In this document: positions 52,965-64,000 of the stretch, piece after piece
Numbering within the stretch: the stretch's first letter is position 1
How the letters are laid out: each line of letters opens with the position of its first letter
Assembly: GCA_028023455.1 (NCBI GenBank)
Contig: JAQFVV010000006.1
Location: 11,098,001-11,162,000, forward strand
Reading direction: 5' to 3'
Source: Epiperipatus broadwayi
Lineage: Eukaryota; Animalia; Onychophora
Length of the DNA: 64,000 bases
Translations under genes and position numbers: made by a program
The notes under the pieces: model-generated
The model's database searches: none
What the model was told of the DNA's origin: nothing
Seen by the model: only the letters and a program-made list of their open reading frames with translations

Positions 52965-53500
52965 TAAGTAGTGTAATTTTCACTGCACCACTATCATGCA
53001 AGGTAGGGGCTCGTTTCTATCCACTTTTAACACCTTGTGGGGGGGGTAATAATAAACCTATACCCAAAGACATGTGAAAAAGAGATATGATCCCCAAGAT
53101 GCACATTTCATGCTGAATCAGCACTCATCAGTTGGCCTAGACCACAATCTCTTACACATATCTTCATTGTTGTACAATACATATATATAAATAGCAAATT
53201 TCTACAGATTATTTGATAGGTATCAAATATACTGCCCTCACAACTTTGATACATATCACTTGATGAAAGTATATTAATAATTTTTATTAGTCACCCATTA
53301 GACTGGAGATTATCCAATAATGAATATTTCTGTAGTGTCTAATGGTCATATGTTTATGATTACATCCTTCCACAAGTTGTTAAAAATGGATAAAAAACCA
53401 GTCCCTACCTTGTGTAGTGAAAATTACACTACAGAAATATTATTGATTATTGGATATTCTGTAGTCTAATAAATGACTAATAAAATTATTATTATTATAT
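52965..53500 (-). repeat. Family B2 copy with an inverted partner; contains the best-preserved family B hammerhead
   Basis: Minus strand 53151-53082: GAGAT TGTGGTCT AGG CCAA CTGATGA GTGCTG ATT CAGCAT GAAA TGTGC ATC TTGG GGATCAT ATCTC. Inverted piece 53340-53500. Confidence 0.82.
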
Positions 53501-54899
53501 TAATTAGCTTTCCTTAAACTATAGAATCTTGGTCTTAAATGGTTTTGGCATAAGCTTATCCAAATTTCAGTTAACTTCAAGTCCTTTTCTTATCACTATC
53601 CAGGAGAAAGTTTATATAAACTATAGTCACGGAACATTTGTACAAGTTTTCCGCTATCAGTATCAGTGCCTTGATCTTCACACTCTGACATCCAACACCA
53701 GCACTGTTCTTTTGTAACAGGACAAAAGGCTATCAAAAAAGCAACCAGGTATACCTAAGAAAGGCTTTTAACATCTTGGGCAATCCATTAACATTTCTAC
53801 AGAGAATACTAACAAATTGCTGCATCTTAATAAAAAATATATATTTATATGTCTACCCATAAATCTATTCATGGAGCAAACAAGATTTAATATGTTACTA
53901 AGATAATTTACACAGTAGATTCCCAAAGAATAATTTAAATGAAATTGTTAATAATGGCCACCTTTTGTTATATCAGGCCAATCTATTTTGCCAGATAAAA
54001 GGTGGGCTTTATTTACAAATTCATTTATGTGATTCTTTAAGAATTCATCTTGTGAATTATTTTAGTTATGTTGGCGGACTTATTTGTTCTGTGAATATAT
54101 TAATATTCTCAATGTTATACATTTGATGAGCTGTAAAATTACCTATTTGCTTATTAAAAATCATTAGAATGTCTATCTATGTAGGTCGTATTCCATCAAA
54201 GATGTCAATAACAAAAACTGACATCAAGTGGCTTGCCAAACTCGTAGACAATTTTTATCAGAACAAAAAAAAGGGCATACAGGGATAGATATAAATTTTG
54301 CTAATAGCATATAACATGTTATTCCAATGCCAAAGTGCTTCTTAAAAAAATACAACTAAATGTAACCAATGACTCTTCATGCAGATGTTTAATAGAAAAT
54401 GGTATTAGTACAAAAAAAAAAACTTTTAAGGTTTATATAAGTTATTTAAAGCAAAAAAATTTAAAATATATAACATATCTCTCCAGAAAGTGAAAGAAAC
54501 AACATCATTGAAGAACAATTGAAAATTATTTATATTCCCAAGTGATAATATATTCATATCCTCAAGGATATTTGTGTATGTATATATACATGAACAGATA
54601 GATACTGACTCATACTCAGAAATAAACCAATACTAAATACAAAGATTATTAGTGCAATTGGATCTTCTTTGTCCTCACAAAATAAGTGTAACAATAGCCC
54701 CTCTTTAATGAGAGTCGTTGCCCCAGATAGCATTTACCAAAATAAAATTTGGTTCTTAAAAAAAAAAAAATTTGTGGTAACCTAAGTTATCGCCTCTTTC
54801 TTTTTGCTGTGTCCTGGATTTACTCAAATCCAAAAACATGGAAATCTTGAAGAGCCTCAACCCATATGTATTACATCACCATAATTCATCATCCAAAAC

Positions 54900-56200
54900 T
54901 ATTTTTACATGTTAATATACCATAAAGAACAGCAACTTTGTATGTTATCAATTAATCCTAATTCCATTAGAGTTAAAACTTTCAATTAACCTTCTCAATT
55001 GTTACAAAGAATTTTCCCCCTCCCAATCTCCACACTTATACAAAATGACCATGTAATAGTTTTGGCATCTTTTCTGGATGAGCTATTTTTTTTGTAATTT
55101 TACCCTTATATAATTTGATATGTTCTCTAATGTATGTTTTCACTCGCATTAATTAGTATATTGTCTACAAAAAACCAAGGTGGGGTACAAGTACTTTAAA
55201 CCCATGTACTCTTGACTATCCAATTTCAATTCACACTGGATCCTAAATTCAAGTTTTGCGTGTTTGGAGCAAATGACAGAGGGATCTCTAAATCAAAAAC
55301 CAAGTATGCAAACAACAATCCCAAATAATCTTTTTCAAACATAACCAGAGTCAGACTTGTTAATAAAAAGAGATTGCAGATTCTAAATAACACCCATGTA
55401 GGATCTCTACCTCTTTGGTTAACTCGTCCCATGCTTCTTATACCCCATATTCTGTTCCATATACTTATTATATATTACAGCAATGTTATATGTTGAACAG
55501 AATAATTCCCCTCCTACTTTTCCCACAATAAAACTGCCATTATCGTTAATTAACAACTCTGACCTTTCATTCAATCAAGTAAACAGCTATCCTCATATTT
55601 CCATTTATTAATAAACATCTTACTCTAATTTCAATACTACCAATCAATTTTAAAACTAGCGACTATTTTATTTTCCCTTCCACTGATTTAGTTTCATGTC
55701 CTGTTCTTTTAAAGTTTTACTTAGTCTTATACTTACTTCTTAGCAGCATAGATCAATCTGTCACATAACTGGCATAAAATTTTATCTTATTCCATATATT
55801 ATCATCTCTTGAAATTATCTTGAAAGTTGTTCCAATATTTATTTTTTTTTTTCTGTATTGACTTTCATAACTACTTCCTCTATATCCTCCATTTTCTGAT
55901 CATTTTCAACGACATATTTATCGTGCGTTTGTGCTCATACATGCTTTTCTCTTCCATTTGACATCTATGAAGCCTAATTAGGCATTGTTTCTCTATCCAT
56001 GTATGGGTCTGGCTTCCAATAAGGTCACTTCCATTAATCTGTATGTAGGACATTAAATCCTCTCATGAATATGCATATCATCACCACTCTTCTTTGATTC
56101 AGCTATTTTTATTTAGTAAGCACCTTCATTTTAACTTAATACCCTTTTCTTAATACTGCAGAGTCGATACTAAGTTCTACTATGGGTGCAATGTATTTAT
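54900..56200 (-). mobile_element. Strongly decayed LINE reverse-transcriptase region
   Basis: Purine-rich minus strand with weak YADD-region-like spacing; many stops. Confidence 0.3.
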
Positions 56201-56333
56201 ATACTTACTAATCTACATTTCCAAAATTGTTCACAATCATAACACATGCCTCATTCACTTGTGAGGGTTGATTTACTATTTATATTAATATAAACTAAAG
56301 ATAGCAACGTAACTTCATTTATACAACACTTAT

Positions 56334-56730
56334 ATGCCAGAAAATAAGATGAAAAACTGTGTGCCGGAAAGTAAAATGAACTGCATGCAAAGTAAGATAA
56401 AGAATGGCATACCAGAAAGTAGGATGAAGAACGGCATGCCAGAAAGTAAGATGAAAACTGCATGCTGGAACTGTATGCTGGAAAGTAAGATGAAGAATGG
56501 CATACCAGAAAGTAAGATAAAGACTGCATGCTGGAAAGTAAGGTGAAGAACAGCATGCCAGAAAGCAAGACGAAAATTGCATGCTGGAAAGTAAGATAAA
56601 GAACACTATACCGGAGAGTAAGATAAGGAACCGTATGCCAGAAAGTAAAATGAAAAACAGCACAACAATATGATGAAAACTGTATGCTGGAAAGTAAAAT
56701 AAAGTACGGCATGCTAGAAAGTAAGACGAA
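56334..56730. repeat. Minisatellite of 26-27-bp units, roughly 14 copies
   Basis: Units such as ATGCCAGAAAGTAAGATGAAGAACGGC and ATGCTGGAAAGTAAGATGAAAACTGC. Confidence 0.9.
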
Positions 56731-57869
56731 GAATTACGTTCGTTGCTGCAGTAGAATGGTTATGGTATAATATATCATATCAAAATTAGATAGTAGATAT
56801 CTTGAAAAAGTTAATACGAGGAATGAAATTAACCTCATCCTTTTAATAAATATTATTTAAATGTTAAGGTGTTTATTATAAATGTTATTAAAGCTGATGT
56901 ATTATATAATGCATTAAAATTGTATTAGTATCTAAAGTTTGCTAATATCCATGATTTCTGGTGATCAGAGGAAGACTTAGAACCAAAGCATTGTGGATTA
57001 AAAGAGACTACTGGATTTTCATGATTAGTCAAAGAACTTTACAGATATTAAAAACATAATTATTAATTTTCTACTCAACTATCAGTCACTTTTTTTAACT
57101 TCTCTCCCTAACATTATTTGCTTTCATTTTAGACATATTTTGTTAAATTCATTCTTGCAATGTGTAAACACTGCCCTAGCATCAGCAAAGTTTATGGATT
57201 CCTAAGAAGCTAGGCAATTATTTATTATTATATAATCATATATGATTTCTTTTTTACCTTTTCTAATTTTGTTCTTATAAAATCATACCTATTCATCACT
57301 ATAAAATGAAATTAATAGTGGTTCTTGAATTACTTAATGCAATCCTCGATCCATTCTAATTTGAATGTGACTGAATACCATAGAACTAGGGCAATGATTG
57401 ACTTGATATCAAATGATAAGGAATATTTTCAAAAAAGATCTACTCAAAGGGAAAATCAGATTAAAAAGTTTACTGGATGATTATGAAAAATTTTGTAACA
57501 AACTTATATGAAGAAGTAATGGCAGCCATTAGTTCTGTAATAAATCAATTTTCTGCTAAATAAAAAATTCACTTTGATGCTCACACATGTGATTATGTCA
57601 TGTAGTTGAATGCAATATCAAGAAGTTGATTCAAAAGTTAAATGTATTTGGATTGATACTCAGCTGGGTAAATTAAGCTAATAAAACTGCCAAAAACTGC
57701 CTGTTAGGTGCTAGAATGTCACATGACCTCATGAATAAATGATCATATAATTATTTTTGACCTTACTTTTAGCAATGTGGTGGAGTGGCATGCTCCAAGC
57801 CAAAATTCCTGGATTAATTCTCAGCTAGGAAAAGTAAAACATATAACTCAGTTTCATCACTTGAATGTG

Positions 57870-58568
57870 ATGGGTTGCGATGCACTGTGACTTCTCCTTA
57901 AACGGAGTCAGGAATCTCTCAGCAACTATGCCCAGAGAAACCTGTTAGCCACTTTACCTTCCATTCCCCACTCTTAAAGTTTTCCCATATTCTGCTCCAT
58001 CCCATTTCCACAACATAATCTTTGTCAACCCTATGGTCTTTACATCTAAATCCCCTTATCTTTTCACAAACCCAGCATATAAACCAATAATCCACTTTCT
58101 GTATAACCACTTTTTTCATATTTGTTCTGGATAGAGATTTTAAATATTTTCTCATACCGCACTTAATTAAGAGCTTGTTTGAGCTATTGGTACGCTCTCT
58201 GTATTGCATTTTTGTAACTACAAGCTTATAAAAGTAATGTCATGCTATATATGACTTGCTTTTTTAATTATTATAACTTCATTGTTTGTACCCTTTCTGT
58301 TTTCAAGCATTTACATTCAATTAACAGATGCTTAATATTTTCTATTCCTTCCTTACACAATTTACAGACTAAATCACCCATATTTTTCCATTTATATATA
58401 TATTCTCTTGTTGCTAAAGATCCCATTCGAGCCTTAAACAATAAACTACTTTCCTTACTATTATCATATATTAACTAACATCTAATGTTCTGTTTACTTC
58501 TAAATATATTTAAACTCTTTTTACTCTCCATACTAGTTCTCCATCTCTCTAACTCCCTATTCTTTAAA
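57870..58568 (-). mobile_element. Non-LTR retrotransposon 3' fragment, frameshifted copy
   Basis: Homologous to 58569-59110 and abutting it head-to-tail; same 3' UTR and ACATC-like tail. Confidence 0.85.
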
Positions 58569-59414
58569 TGTGATGTGATGTATTTGGCTTCTCCTTAAAC
58601 GAAGTCAAGAATATCTCAGCAATTATGCCCAGATAAACCTGTTAGCCATTTTATTCTCCATTCCCCACTCTTAAGTCTTCCCATATTCTGCCCCACCCCA
58701 TTTCCACAACATAATCTTTGTCAACTCTATGGCCTTTATATCTAAATCCCCCTTATCTCTTCGCAAACCCAACATAAAAACTAATAAGTCACTTTCTATA
58801 TAGTCACTTTGGTCATGTCTATTCTCCCATAACTTCATTATCTGTACCCTTTCTGCTTTCAAGCATTTACATTCAATCAACAGATGCCTAATATTTTCTA
58901 TACCTTCCTTACACAATTTGCACACTAAATTATCCATGGTTTTCCATTTACATGTATATTCTCTTGTTGCTAAAGATCCTGTTCGAGCCTCAAATAATAA
59001 ACTACTTTCCTTACTATTATCATAAATTAACTCGCATTCAATATTCCATTTACTTCTATATATATTTAAACTCTTCTTACCCTCCATACTAGTTCTCCAT
59101 CTCTCCAACTCCCTATTTTTTATTAATGCTTCTATTCTTTTATCCCATTCCTTACCACTATAACACTTAACAATCCTCCTAACACAATCATCCCACCTTT
59201 TATACAAGTATACTGATATAAATTCTTTATCCAAATCTTTCACATACCGCATTACCTTTCTCACCCATCTTGTTACCTGCCCTTTACTCATAACCCAATT
59301 GAACACTATTTTTGCTATTCTTTTACTATCCATAAACTGCAACCTATCAAACATTTTCATTTTACTTTTTGTATCTCTCATATAAAAACTAAATATAAAT
59401 GGTTGAATTTTCAT
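58569..59414 (-). mobile_element. Non-LTR retrotransposon ORF2 C-terminal fragment, 247-aa open frame
   Basis: YDNSKESSLLFEARTGSLATREY...VCKLCKEGIENIRHLLIEC (CCHC motif); 3' tail ACATCACATCACA. Confidence 0.88.
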
Positions 59415-59774
59415 GCCATCTGGTGCTCAAACTAAACAATATAATTATTAATCTATGAAGTTTAATGCAATGATTGAAAAATGGATTCAAAAGCAAAAGT
59501 TTTGTGGATTGATACAGGATAAAGTAAAAAAAAAACAAAAAAAATTTGGTCCAGTTAATTAAATGAAACTGTTGAGTTTAACCTGCTATTTGAATGCTTG
59601 ACTTTCCAAGCAACTATCCATAGTTATTGATACCAATGGCTCATGATATATTTATATGCACTCATATCATTACACAGTATAGCAATGATGGATTATTTAT
59701 AAGATACAATAAATGTGTGCTTACTGCAATGTTATTTAAAAATACCGAACATTTCATAGTGCCTTCTTTAAATA

Positions 59775-60070
59775 AATACAGTAATAGTTATTATTAACTA
59801 TTTATTAGAATAGAGATTCAGTTGTTACTAATTTTCTTCTTTTCTGAGCTAATATATTACTCGATTGTTAATGAACATATTCATAGAAAAGGTATTTTTT
59901 TAATATTTAGCTTTAATTAGGCAGTAATAAAGATGAATATTAAAACAGTACCTTTTCTGTGAATATATTCATTAACACCCAAGTATTAAGTTTGCTCAGA
60001 AAAGAAGAAAAATAGTAACAATTGAATCTCTAGTCTAATAAAGAATTAATAATAACTGTTACTGTAGTTA
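59775..60070. repeat. ~125-bp-arm imperfect palindrome
   Basis: GAGATTCAGTTGTTACTAATTTTCTTCTTTTCTGAGC is mirrored by GCTCAGAAAAGAAGAAAAATAGTAACAATTGAATCTC. Confidence 0.8.
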
Positions 60071-60190
60071 TCTAAAGAGCGTGCTATCAAATGTGTGAAT
60101 GCAGGATATTTGGCATTTCTAAATGTTCATGGCATGAATATGATATAGTAAATATATTGAAGGAATGCTAGGCAGTAATAAAGATAAACA

Positions 60191-60432
60191 TTAAAAAATA
60201 TCTTTTCTGTATGTTGATTAACAACCAAGTATTAGACCAGAAATTATATTATATTTTCATCATAGATATGAATTTTAAATTTAATTAAAGACTACCTAAT
60301 GTCATTAATTTAAAAAATATCTTTTCTGTATGTTGATTAACAACCAAGTATTAGACCAGAAATTATATTATATTTTCATCATAGATATGAATTTTAAATT
60401 TAATTAAAGACTACCTAATGTCATTAATTTAA
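60191..60432. repeat. Perfect tandem duplication, 119-bp unit x2
   Basis: TTAAAAAATATCTTTTCTGTATGTTG at 60191 and 60310; no differences seen. Confidence 0.92.
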
Positions 60433-60699
60433 TTTCATCTTTTTTTTCTTATAAGTAATATTTTATATATTACACATCAGTTCCCCTCACACACATCAAA
60501 CACATAAAGACATTCAAAAAAAGGCAAATGAATCCTAAGATACATTTCTAACTAAAATAGAACTCTTCACATCTTCCCACATGTCTTCACTATCTTTCTT
60601 TATATTTGGAATAAAAATATAAAGAGTAAGAAATGATTAGTAATAGTCATTAATGTAAAAGGCCATAGGCAAATGAGTAAGCACAAAAAATTGGCTCTT

Positions 60700-61130
60700 A
60701 AGAGAAAGAAGATATTTTGTGGATCTTTGGAGAATTAAGGAAAAAATAATTGCTATGTGTAAAATGTATTATCATATGGTTGTGAAACATGGACAATGAT
60801 TAAAAAAATTGGGAATAGACTGGAGGCCTTTGAGATATGATTACAGAGAAGAATAGAGACAATTAGTTAGATGAATAAAATGATAAATAAGGAAATTTTG
60901 AAAGAAATAAAAGAAAAAAAAAGATTTGAGAAAATAGAGATAGAAAGAGAAACTAGATTGGATCTGTACTAAGAAAAAGGTAGTTTAATGGGGGTTGTTC
61001 TGGAGGGAATGGTGACAAGAAAGGATGGAGAATACTGACTTTGCTGGATAATATAAGGGATTGTAAGATATGTGGAATTGAAGATCTGAACACTGGTTCT
61101 CAGAAACTGTGTATAGGATAGAATACTAGT
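60700..61130 (+). mobile_element. Decayed RTE-like LINE 3' fragment
   Basis: CETWTMIKKIGNRLEAFEI...WIGSVLRKGSLMGVVLEGMV. Confidence 0.65.
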
Positions 61131-62468
61131 GACTAATTTTTATTAATTTGATATTGTTAATACTGAACCAAAAAAAAAATGATGACATGAGAGGTTATGA
61201 TGTGGGCTAACTGAAGAATTAGCACAGTCATAAAAGTATTTGGGGACACTTACCTTTTCCAAAAATCTTTATTCATGTGCTTGAAGTGTGTGTGGTAAAT
61301 AAAAGTTTTAATATATCTTAGATAAATATTTATCGACCCCAACGAAGAAAATAAAAAACAATGTAAAACCTTTATTGAAAAGTTTAATCTTATCAATAAC
61401 TGTTTTATTTTGCATTCAACTTTCACTTTATACAGGAAAACTGTACACAAGTGTATATTAAATTATTAACAGTTAAATTTATATATAAAGTCAACAGGGT
61501 AATAAGATATATCGATAATCAATATTTTGAATGTATACTAAATAATAAACAAATTAGCATACACGGTGAACTAAATTTAATTTTCACAATTTATTTTTTT
61601 GTATTCATATATTGATTGACTCCAAACAAAAATGTTACTGCAATCATTGATACGGTTTTAATATTTTGGTGCTAAAATAACAGTATAATCCATTGTTAAG
61701 GAAGTCAGGGTGACGTTCGAGCACGAAACTGATAGACCGTGCATTTTCCTTTCAAAAACCAACAAACCATCACATGATCTCAAGCTTAAATGGTGTGACT
61801 GATTGCTGGCTGGCATAATCGCGGTGAGAGTACAAAAAATTGCTACATTTTCATTCAAATATAGTCCAATATATCACATCTTATAATTAGACATATAAGT
61901 TTCTCAGTTCTAGAGTCCGTTCCTCGCACTACTCCGCAGAACATAAAATCTTTTATTTGTGGTGGATAATTAAAAAAGAAAGTTTTAAAGTGATTTTGCA
62001 TCTATAAAAATATTGATAATGCAAGAGTTAATTAATGAGTTTTTTGTGACTATTAAATACAGTATTAAGTAAATAAATGTACATTTTATGAGATCGCTAT
62101 TCTTAAAGTTATTTTAAATAGACCTCCCCCTCCCCATTAAAGTATTATTAAATATTTTTAAAGACACGCATATGTGATTGGATCTCTCAAAAATTATGTG
62201 GATCCAAAAGGATCTTAAGGCAGGAGTTTAATATATAAAGATGTACATTTCTATAAATATAATTATCAACAAATTAAAACGAATGTTAGTTACAACGTAA
62301 CCTCATAAGATACCCCACTTTAAGACTATTTTCTTTTAAAGGAAGTAATCAACTAATGACGAATAACATTAATGTGTAAAAGTTGTAATTATTTAACAAA
62401 ATTACTCTTTGGAGTTAAAAGGCGTTGACATTCACGTTGAATAGCTTAAATAACTTAAATTTCCGTAC

Positions 62469-62563
62469 CTTGTTAAAGATTTAGTCAAAAAAGGCCTCTG
62501 TACAAGAGATCGGTTATATTCAACAACTAAGCTGTGAGGAAAAGATTGCTTCATTTTGCTCAT
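62469..62563 (-). CDS. PXMP2: PXMP2-like exon 1 (start codon)
   Basis: MSKMKQSFPHSLVVEYNRSLVQRPFLTKSLT(S). Phase-2 gtacgg donor is compatible with exon 2; in-frame TAA 9 nt upstream of the ATG; CpG-richer surroundings. Confidence 0.9.
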
Positions 62564-63039
62564 TTTTAATTAAATTATAGTTTTTTGTTCGAGTTGCTTC
62601 TTTTTAAAATGAGATAACTTTTAAAGTTTACAAAGTCCCCGATATAATCTTATTAATGGAACCCAAGCGACCTCTAGTCAATAACAAATAAATTAAAATA
62701 AAGTGTCTGCAAAATCCTGAAAACGGAAAAAGCAACGTAATATTATGTTATAAAAAGAAAAATTCCATAGAATCAAAATTACATACTATGTTTTTTTATT
62801 TTTTTTGTAAATAATGAGTTTTAGGCTTTTTTTTTTTGTTTTTGCTTTAATACTTTCAGGGGTGGGATGCACTGGATAGATCTTTCTTCAGTTCTCCTGA
62901 CAATTTTTCTTCTTATTTCCCTAAGCCCCTCACTCTTGAGAGAGTCTTACTTTTTATATTGGAAGACTATTACCTGGAATTGATTATTGCTTTGTTTGCT
63001 TATATTGTTTACTGTTATGAAAGGTCTTGTCATCATTCC

Positions 63040-63240
63040 ATCTTATAAAACCGATACGCATAACCACGTACATGTGAAAAAGATAAATGATCTCCAATAT
63101 CCGTATTTCGTCCTGAAGCAGCATTCATCAGTAGGTGCGGATCATAAGACAGTGTGCTGACTGAAGGGAGCTTGAAAGTTTGTTCAAATCTTTAATTATA
63201 TCTAGATTAAATATATACGCTATACTTGTATTTAAATATT
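63040..63240. repeat. Rearranged family B1 copy
   Basis: Minus strand CCTA CTGATGA ATGCTG CTT CAGGAC GAAA TACGG ATA TTGG AGATCAT at ~63140-63085. Confidence 0.65.
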
Positions 63241-64000
63241 ATCAAAGGTCTTATATTACACTGCTTGTAATTTTTTTTAACTTTATAAATAACTAAATTA
63301 CGAATTCTTTCATAAGATTAGTTTTTCTACTAATTAGCTGTTTTAATTTTATATGTGCACAATTTATGTGTGCAGTACATATAAAGATGTCTTGACAACA
63401 ACTTGAAATTGTTGATTGTTATCTATATTGGGATTGTTTAAGTGTTGACTGGTTTCTAATGGTTATATATAATACTGTATATATGCACAGGACAATATGT
63501 GAGACTCATCAGTTTTACTTAACCATGAATTAAGAATAAATTTATATTTCTGGTTTGTTTACTACTTAAATTGAAGTTTAGAAAATTACAATTCTTTCAC
63601 TACAATTTATGACTATTATCAATTCTGTCCAGCTATAAGATTATGAACAAATTACTCTTTTCATTTCGGTTCCTTAAACTGAAGTTTAGATCATTTCTTC
63701 ACTGACTCTTAAGAATATTAAAAAAAAAACTACAGAGGAGTTCATAAATTGTTGTTAGTCTAGTTTCTAAAAGGTCAATTAAAAAAACTTATTGACAACA
63801 ATCATTTATTCAAAAATTATGCTTTGTCGTCAGGATTGTTTTTTGAATCCAAACATCTGCTGTTTGAACTTTATTTGACCCACAAATACCCCATTTTTCC
63901 AGCTTATTTTCAATATATATATCCAAGAACAGTTTTTATTCATTCAGAGCCATCTACTGTAAGCTTGAATAATCGATGGACATTAGTTAATGTATTACTT

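Noticed and set aside
56334-56730. Regular repeat considered as a CRISPR-like array
   Set aside because: Units are contiguous with no unique spacers, there are no cas genes, and the context is eukaryotic.
61250-61450. ORF ending at an AAAAG|GTAAGT donor, considered as PXMP2 exon 1
   Set aside because: It lacks the family P-x-x-TK-x-x-TS motif, which is present at 62469-62563.

Overview
AT-rich, CpG-depleted eukaryotic DNA, most likely an arthropod; a chelicerate is plausible from the LINE family but not proven. Two genes can be assembled by hand, both on the minus strand. One is a complete five-exon Mpv17/PMP22-family gene with the PXMP2 exon layout (CDS 62563-62469, 48417-48313, 44343-44181, 33083-32964, 18710-18642; 183 aa, all GT-AG introns, about 44 kb). 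The other is the first coding exon (329-198) of a C-factor/sniffer-like short-chain dehydrogenase that runs off the left edge. The rest is repeat-rich intron and intergenic DNA: hAT, pogo/Tigger and mariner remnants, MITE-like foldbacks, LINE fragments and small tandem duplications. The most notable content is at least three families of non-coding repeats carrying type I hammerhead ribozyme motifs. Family A has a ~445-bp monomer, occurs as tandem and inverted arrays, and shows covarying helices. Six family A insertions are flanked by 10-17-bp target-site duplications and share one architecture: an inverted piece ending at one fixed site, then a sense piece ending at a second fixed site. This points to a retrozyme or Penelope-like non-autonomous element mobilised by target-primed reverse transcription. 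All alignments and counts were done by eye and need computational confirmation.
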